Source: Candidatus Heimdallarchaeota archaeon (GTDB taxonomy: Archaea > Asgardarchaeota > Heimdallarchaeia > JABLTI01). Taken from it: DNA of 64,000 bases. Below are positions 60,389 through 64,000 of this stretch, one piece after another. Positions within the stretch are counted from its first letter, which is position 1. Each line of letters starts with the position of its first letter. The stretch is taken from NCBI GenBank assembly GCA_018238155.1, contig JABCTZ010000026.1, forward strand, positions 128,001-192,000, written 5' to 3'. The notes beneath the pieces were generated by a model that did no database searches, was not told the DNA's origin, and saw nothing but the letters and a program-made list of their open reading frames with translations. Both the position numbers and the translations under genes were made by a program.

Positions 60389-61219
60389 GTGAAATTGGTT
60401 ACCATGTTTACGGTTGGCGATTATACGAAGGGTGACTTTCCAAAAAATAGAGAAATTATGATTGATGCATTAGATGTGTCTAAATACTATAATCACATCG
60501 TAGGATTATTTGATCTTGATGTAACAGATGCTATGAGAGTTTTTGATGCCTATAAAGATGAAGGTAAACCATTATCTTTCACATCATGGATTATGAAATG
60601 CATTGCTCAAGCAGTTTCTGAGCATAAAGAAATACAAACGTTGAGGTATGGAAAGAAAAAAATAGTTACTTTTGAAAATGTTGATATTAAATGCATGGTA
60701 GAAAAAGATGATGCTGAGGGTAACAAAATTCCTATTCATCATATTATTCGTAAAGCAAATGAAAAGACTTTTCTAGAAATCCAAGAGGAAATTCGTGTTG
60801 CTCAAAAATATAAGGAAGAGCGTCGATCTGGTGAAAAACGAATTAAGAAGAAACAAGGAACTATAATGAGTTTCCCAAAATTCATTCGCAATATTATTTG
60901 GCACACTGTAATGACCAATCCTTTCAAAGTGAAAAAACATCTTGGCACCATAGGAGTCTCTGCATTAGGAATGTTTGGTAAGGGCATGCGCGGTTGGGCT
61001 ATTCCAAAAACACCTCATTCAACACAGTTTCTTTTAGGTTCAGTTGTAAAGATGCCTGTAGTTACTGATGACGATCAAATCATTATTCGTAGGATTCTTA
61101 ATGTAACGGTTAGTTTTAATCACGATATTGTTGATGGAGGTCCTGCAGTTAGATTTGTTGGTAGACTTCAGGAATTAACAAATGAAGCATTTCAACTAGA
61201 AGATTTGATGAAGAAATAA
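60389..61219 (+). CDS. 2-oxoacid dehydrogenase E2-type acyltransferase, catalytic domain only; likely start ATG 60404
   Basis: SFNHDIVDGGPAVRF; GTIGVSALG; no lipoyl domain. Confidence 0.85.
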   Translation: MKLVTMFTVGDYTKGDFPKNREIMIDALDVSKYYNHIVGLFDLDVTDAMRVFDAYKDEGKPLSFTSWIMKCIAQAVSEHKEIQTLRYGKKKIVTFENVDIKCMVEKDDAEGNKIPIHHIIRKANEKTFLEIQEEIRVAQKYKEERRSGEKRIKKKQGTIMSFPKFIRNIIWHTVMTNPFKVKKHLGTIGVSALGMFGKGMRGWAIPKTPHSTQFLLGSVVKMPVVTDDDQIIIRRILNVTVSFNHDIVDGGPAVRFVGRLQELTNEAFQLEDLMKK

Positions 61220-61317
61220 TCGGTTCAAATTTCCTCTCTTATTTTTCTTCTTCATCAAAGAAATCTCGATTCAATTTATTCATCTATTGGCATTTTTGAG
61301 TTATGAATAACAATGTT

Positions 61318-62541
61318 TTATTTAATATGGGAATCTAATGAATCCCTTATTCGTCCTAGAGCTTCTTCCAAAATCGATTTTGGGCATGCTAGATTAAACC
61401 TTTGAAATCCACTGCCAGATTCACCAAACATTGCACCATCATCTAAACCCACTTTCGCTTCTTTCTTGATTATTTCATCTAATTTCTTTGGATCCAAACC
61501 TAAAGCTCGAAAGTCAACCCAAGCTAAATATGTCCCTTCTAAATCAAATACAACTGCTCCAGGTATGTTCTCTTCAAAATATTTTACCATAAAATCAAAA
61601 TTAGATTTCAAATACACAAGAAGATCCTCTAACCAATCCTCACATTCATTGTAAACAGTTTCAAGTGCTAATCCACCAAAAATTCCGGAAGAACGTATTG
61701 ATACATTTTGCATTGTAATAGCTAGTTTTTCTCTCAGTATTTTGTTAGAAATTATTGTATTACTTGTTTTCAATCCAGCAATATTGAATGTCTTTGATGG
61801 AGCTGTACATGTAATAGACTTATCAGCAAATTTCTTAGTGATAGATGCATAAGGAACATGGGTTTGATCTGGGAGAACTAAATCACAGTGAATCTCATCT
61901 GAAATAACAAGGACATTATATTTATTACAAATATTTCCTAGTTTTGTAAGTTCCTCCTTTGTCCAAACTCTAGCTACAGGATTATGTGGACTGCAAAGAA
62001 TAAGTATTTTCACTCGAGGTGTCTTACATTTTTCTTCTAAATCTTTAAAGTCAATTTCATACCGATTGTTTTTGATTACCAATTGATTATTAAGGACAAT
62101 TCGACCATTTTCTTGAATACTTGATTTGAAAGGATAATATACCGGTTCTTGAATGATGATTTTATCACCTGGTACAGTAAACGTTTGAATAATGAATTGG
62201 ATTGCAGGAACTACTCCCGGAGCAAATAGCAACCACTCTTTCTCTATGATCCAATTATGTTTTCTTTGAAACCAGTCAATTATAGCTTTATAATAAGAGT
62301 CTCCAGGCAGAGAATAGCCAAAGATACCATGCTCAACTCTTCTTTTAAGAGCATCAAGAAGTGCTTTAGGTGCGCGAAAATCCATATCTGCTACCCAAAG
62401 AGGTAATAGTTCAACATCTACTTTGAAATAATCTTTCATAAACTCCTGATCCCACTTGATTGCTTTTGTATCTTTTCTACTAACTACTTCATCAAAGTTC
62501 CAGTTTCGCTCTTGCGTCATAAAATCAAATCCAACATTCAA
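61318..62541 (-). CDS. patB: MalY/PatB cystathionine beta-lyase-like PLP enzyme
   Basis: LWVADMDF; HGIFGY; CSPHNP; SDEIH; APSKTFNIAGL. Confidence 0.92.
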   Translation of the reverse strand: MNVGFDFMTQERNWNFDEVVSRKDTKAIKWDQEFMKDYFKVDVELLPLWVADMDFRAPKALLDALKRRVEHGIFGYSLPGDSYYKAIIDWFQRKHNWIIEKEWLLFAPGVVPAIQFIIQTFTVPGDKIIIQEPVYYPFKSSIQENGRIVLNNQLVIKNNRYEIDFKDLEEKCKTPRVKILILCSPHNPVARVWTKEELTKLGNICNKYNVLVISDEIHCDLVLPDQTHVPYASITKKFADKSITCTAPSKTFNIAGLKTSNTIISNKILREKLAITMQNVSIRSSGIFGGLALETVYNECEDWLEDLLVYLKSNFDFMVKYFEENIPGAVVFDLEGTYLAWVDFRALGLDPKKLDEIIKKEAKVGLDDGAMFGESGSGFQRFNLACPKSILEEALGRIRDSLDSHIK

Positions 62542-62645
62542 TAATTAGAAATAATTACTCTTAATGTTTTTGACTTATAGTCAAACAATCAAGTATAAAT
62601 TTTATGATAAAAAGTAGATTTATTCAAAACTCAGAAAAGTGAATT

Positions 62646-62786
62646 TCAAATAGTTTTTTCATTAGTAGTGATTTCTGTAGAACGCGCATGAAAAATTTTA
62701 GCGTCTTCATCTATTGTTATTTGAACTCTTTCAACGATTTTAATTTCAATAACGACTTCTTTTCTTATTAATTTCAATTGAGACAT
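62646..62786 (-). CDS. Putative 46-aa small protein MSQLKLIRKEVVIEIKIVERVQITIDEDAKIFHARSTEITTNEKTI
   Basis: ATG-to-TGA frame with a GTGG SD-like element upstream; co-oriented with neighbours; below the ORF-track cutoff. Confidence 0.4.
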   Translation of the reverse strand: MSQLKLIRKEVVIEIKIVERVQITIDEDAKIFHARSTEITTNEKTI

Positions 62787-62894
62787 GTTAACCACATTCA
62801 GATATCAATTAATCAAATATGAAAATGAAAGAATATAAACACCAAAAAAAAAGAAAAAAAGCATACAACGATTCTTTCTTGCAGTTCATTAAAG

Positions 62895-63617
62895 TTACTT
62901 TTTCACACCAATAAGTAGACCACGATCAAATTTAGGATCATTTTTGAATTTTGCTGTTTCTAAATTGTTTTCAATCATTATAGACAGAAGCAGCTCAGTT
63001 GGATGCATAGCTAACTCATGATGCTCTACGAAATGATTAACTGTCTTCCCCCTTTCAGCAATTAAATAATGCATATCAAATATTGATATTTCTCCTTTCA
63101 CTTCTGAAGTATTCACTCGAGTAATAATGAGATCATCGTTTTTATATGTAGCAATGTGTGGTTCTCCAGCTCTAAAAATATCTTTATCAAGCCACTGCTC
63201 AATGAGCACAACTCCGCCTGGTTTAAGGTGTTCAGCAAATCCCTTGATAGTTTTAGACAAGCGTTCTTTGGATATAATGTAAGCAATTGAACTAAACAAG
63301 CAAGTTATTACATCAAATTTCTTCCCTAGTTCTAATTCAGACATATCTGCTACTTCAAAATTAATTTCAGGATGCTTTTCCTTTGCGACGGCTATCATAT
63401 CAGCATTTAGATCAGAACCAGTACAAGTAAATGCTTCTTTTAGAAAAGCCAAATGAGTACCTGTTCCACAAGCAACATCAAGCAATTCTTTTCCAGCACT
63501 CCTTTTATATTGTTTGATCAATTGCTTTAGGATTTCTGATTCGCCTTTGTAATCCTTTAGCTCATAGATCTTATCATAATATTTAGCTAAAGTTTGATAG
63601 CTGTTCGTGTCAGTCAT
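62895..63617 (-). CDS. Class I SAM-dependent methyltransferase (TylM1/DesVI-like)
   Basis: LLDVACGTGTH; ADM; FDVITCLFSSIAY; HLKPGGV. Confidence 0.9.
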   Translation of the reverse strand: MTDTNSYQTLAKYYDKIYELKDYKGESEILKQLIKQYKRSAGKELLDVACGTGTHLAFLKEAFTCTGSDLNADMIAVAKEKHPEINFEVADMSELELGKKFDVITCLFSSIAYIISKERLSKTIKGFAEHLKPGGVVLIEQWLDKDIFRAGEPHIATYKNDDLIITRVNTSEVKGEISIFDMHYLIAERGKTVNHFVEHHELAMHPTELLLSIMIENNLETAKFKNDPKFDRGLLIGVKK

Positions 63618-63861
63618 AACTAAAAGTAGATTTAGTAAATATCAATTTTCGCATTTCCGCACTAAATTAATTTTCAATTCTTAATTTAATTAAAATTAAT
63701 AGATAATTCAATTTCTAGCAAATAAATAGAGTACTTTGGTATTTTCCTTTTTATCATCTTTTATGAATATTTTTTGATGGATCAACACTATTTTGATAAA
63801 TTCTATTGACATTTGGAAAACTATCTGATAGTTTTAAAAAAGAATGCTATAAGATGAAACC

Positions 63862-64000
63862 ATGAGATATTTATTTCGTAAATTAGTGAGAAAGGATATT
63901 CAAGCAATAGCTGAAATAGCAAGTTATATGCCTGTTCATTTTCAAAATATACTTGAATATGCAGAATCACTCATTGATGATCCAAAATGCTACTATTTTG
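63862..64000 (+). CDS. Partial ORF running off the window, GNAT-like N-terminus
   Basis: MRYLFRKLVRKDIQAIAEI resembles the GNAT start pattern IRxxxxxDxxxI. Confidence 0.45.
   Translation, partial: MRYLFRKLVRKDIQAIAEIASYMPVHFQNILEYAESLIDDPKCYYF

Noticed and set aside
2623-61654. Numerous 60-160 aa ORFs antisense or out of frame within long genes (e.g. 2623, 10305, 32231, 34381, 55342)
   Set aside because: Fully nested in well-supported genes and lacking motifs; expected shadows
62610-63634. AAAAGTAGATTTA repeated in two intergenic regions (partial reverse copies near 50541 and 56248)
   Set aside because: Short, AT-rich, non-palindromic and at inconsistent distances from starts; cannot be supported as a regulatory site without genome-wide statistics

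Overview
AT-rich archaeal chromosome segment. It is very probably from an Asgard archaeon (Heimdallarchaeia-like), an inference from archaeal top6B/top6A, aIF-1A/Rio1/Dim2, archaeal AdkA, GGTGA/GGAGG Shine-Dalgarno sites, a longin-like domain protein, a Rab-like pseudo-GTPase and a giant SNAP/TPR solenoid. Housekeeping blocks (topoisomerase VI, ribosome biogenesis, inositol synthase, ABC/MFS transporters, an anaerobic oxidative-stress cluster pdo-fprA-dfx-rbr) alternate with accessory cassettes of secreted and membrane proteins. Main observations: (1) Three times in 64 kb, a cargo cassette lies directly downstream of an intact gene and is followed by a second, diverged copy of that gene's 3' end (top6A, about 345 bp; a Zn-finger gene, 37 bp; the putative toxin, about 90 bp), with no integrase in view. 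This suggests recurrent gene capture by 3'-end replacement. (2) A candidate autoprocessing polymorphic toxin (signal peptide, clan-CD His-Gly/Ala-Cys protease-like domain, DPGGGGG linker, hydrophobic C-terminus) sits with a cognate membrane immunity-like gene and an orphan toxin-tip plus immunity module. (3) A co-oriented gene pair encodes an FG-GAP beta-propeller/longin protein and a 2306-aa alpha-solenoid, resembling a proto-coat. (4) A degenerate Rab-like GTPase is fused to a Cys-rich domain. No rRNA, tRNA, CRISPR array or intact transposase/integrase was recognised. All assignments come from reading motifs by eye; no database searches were run.
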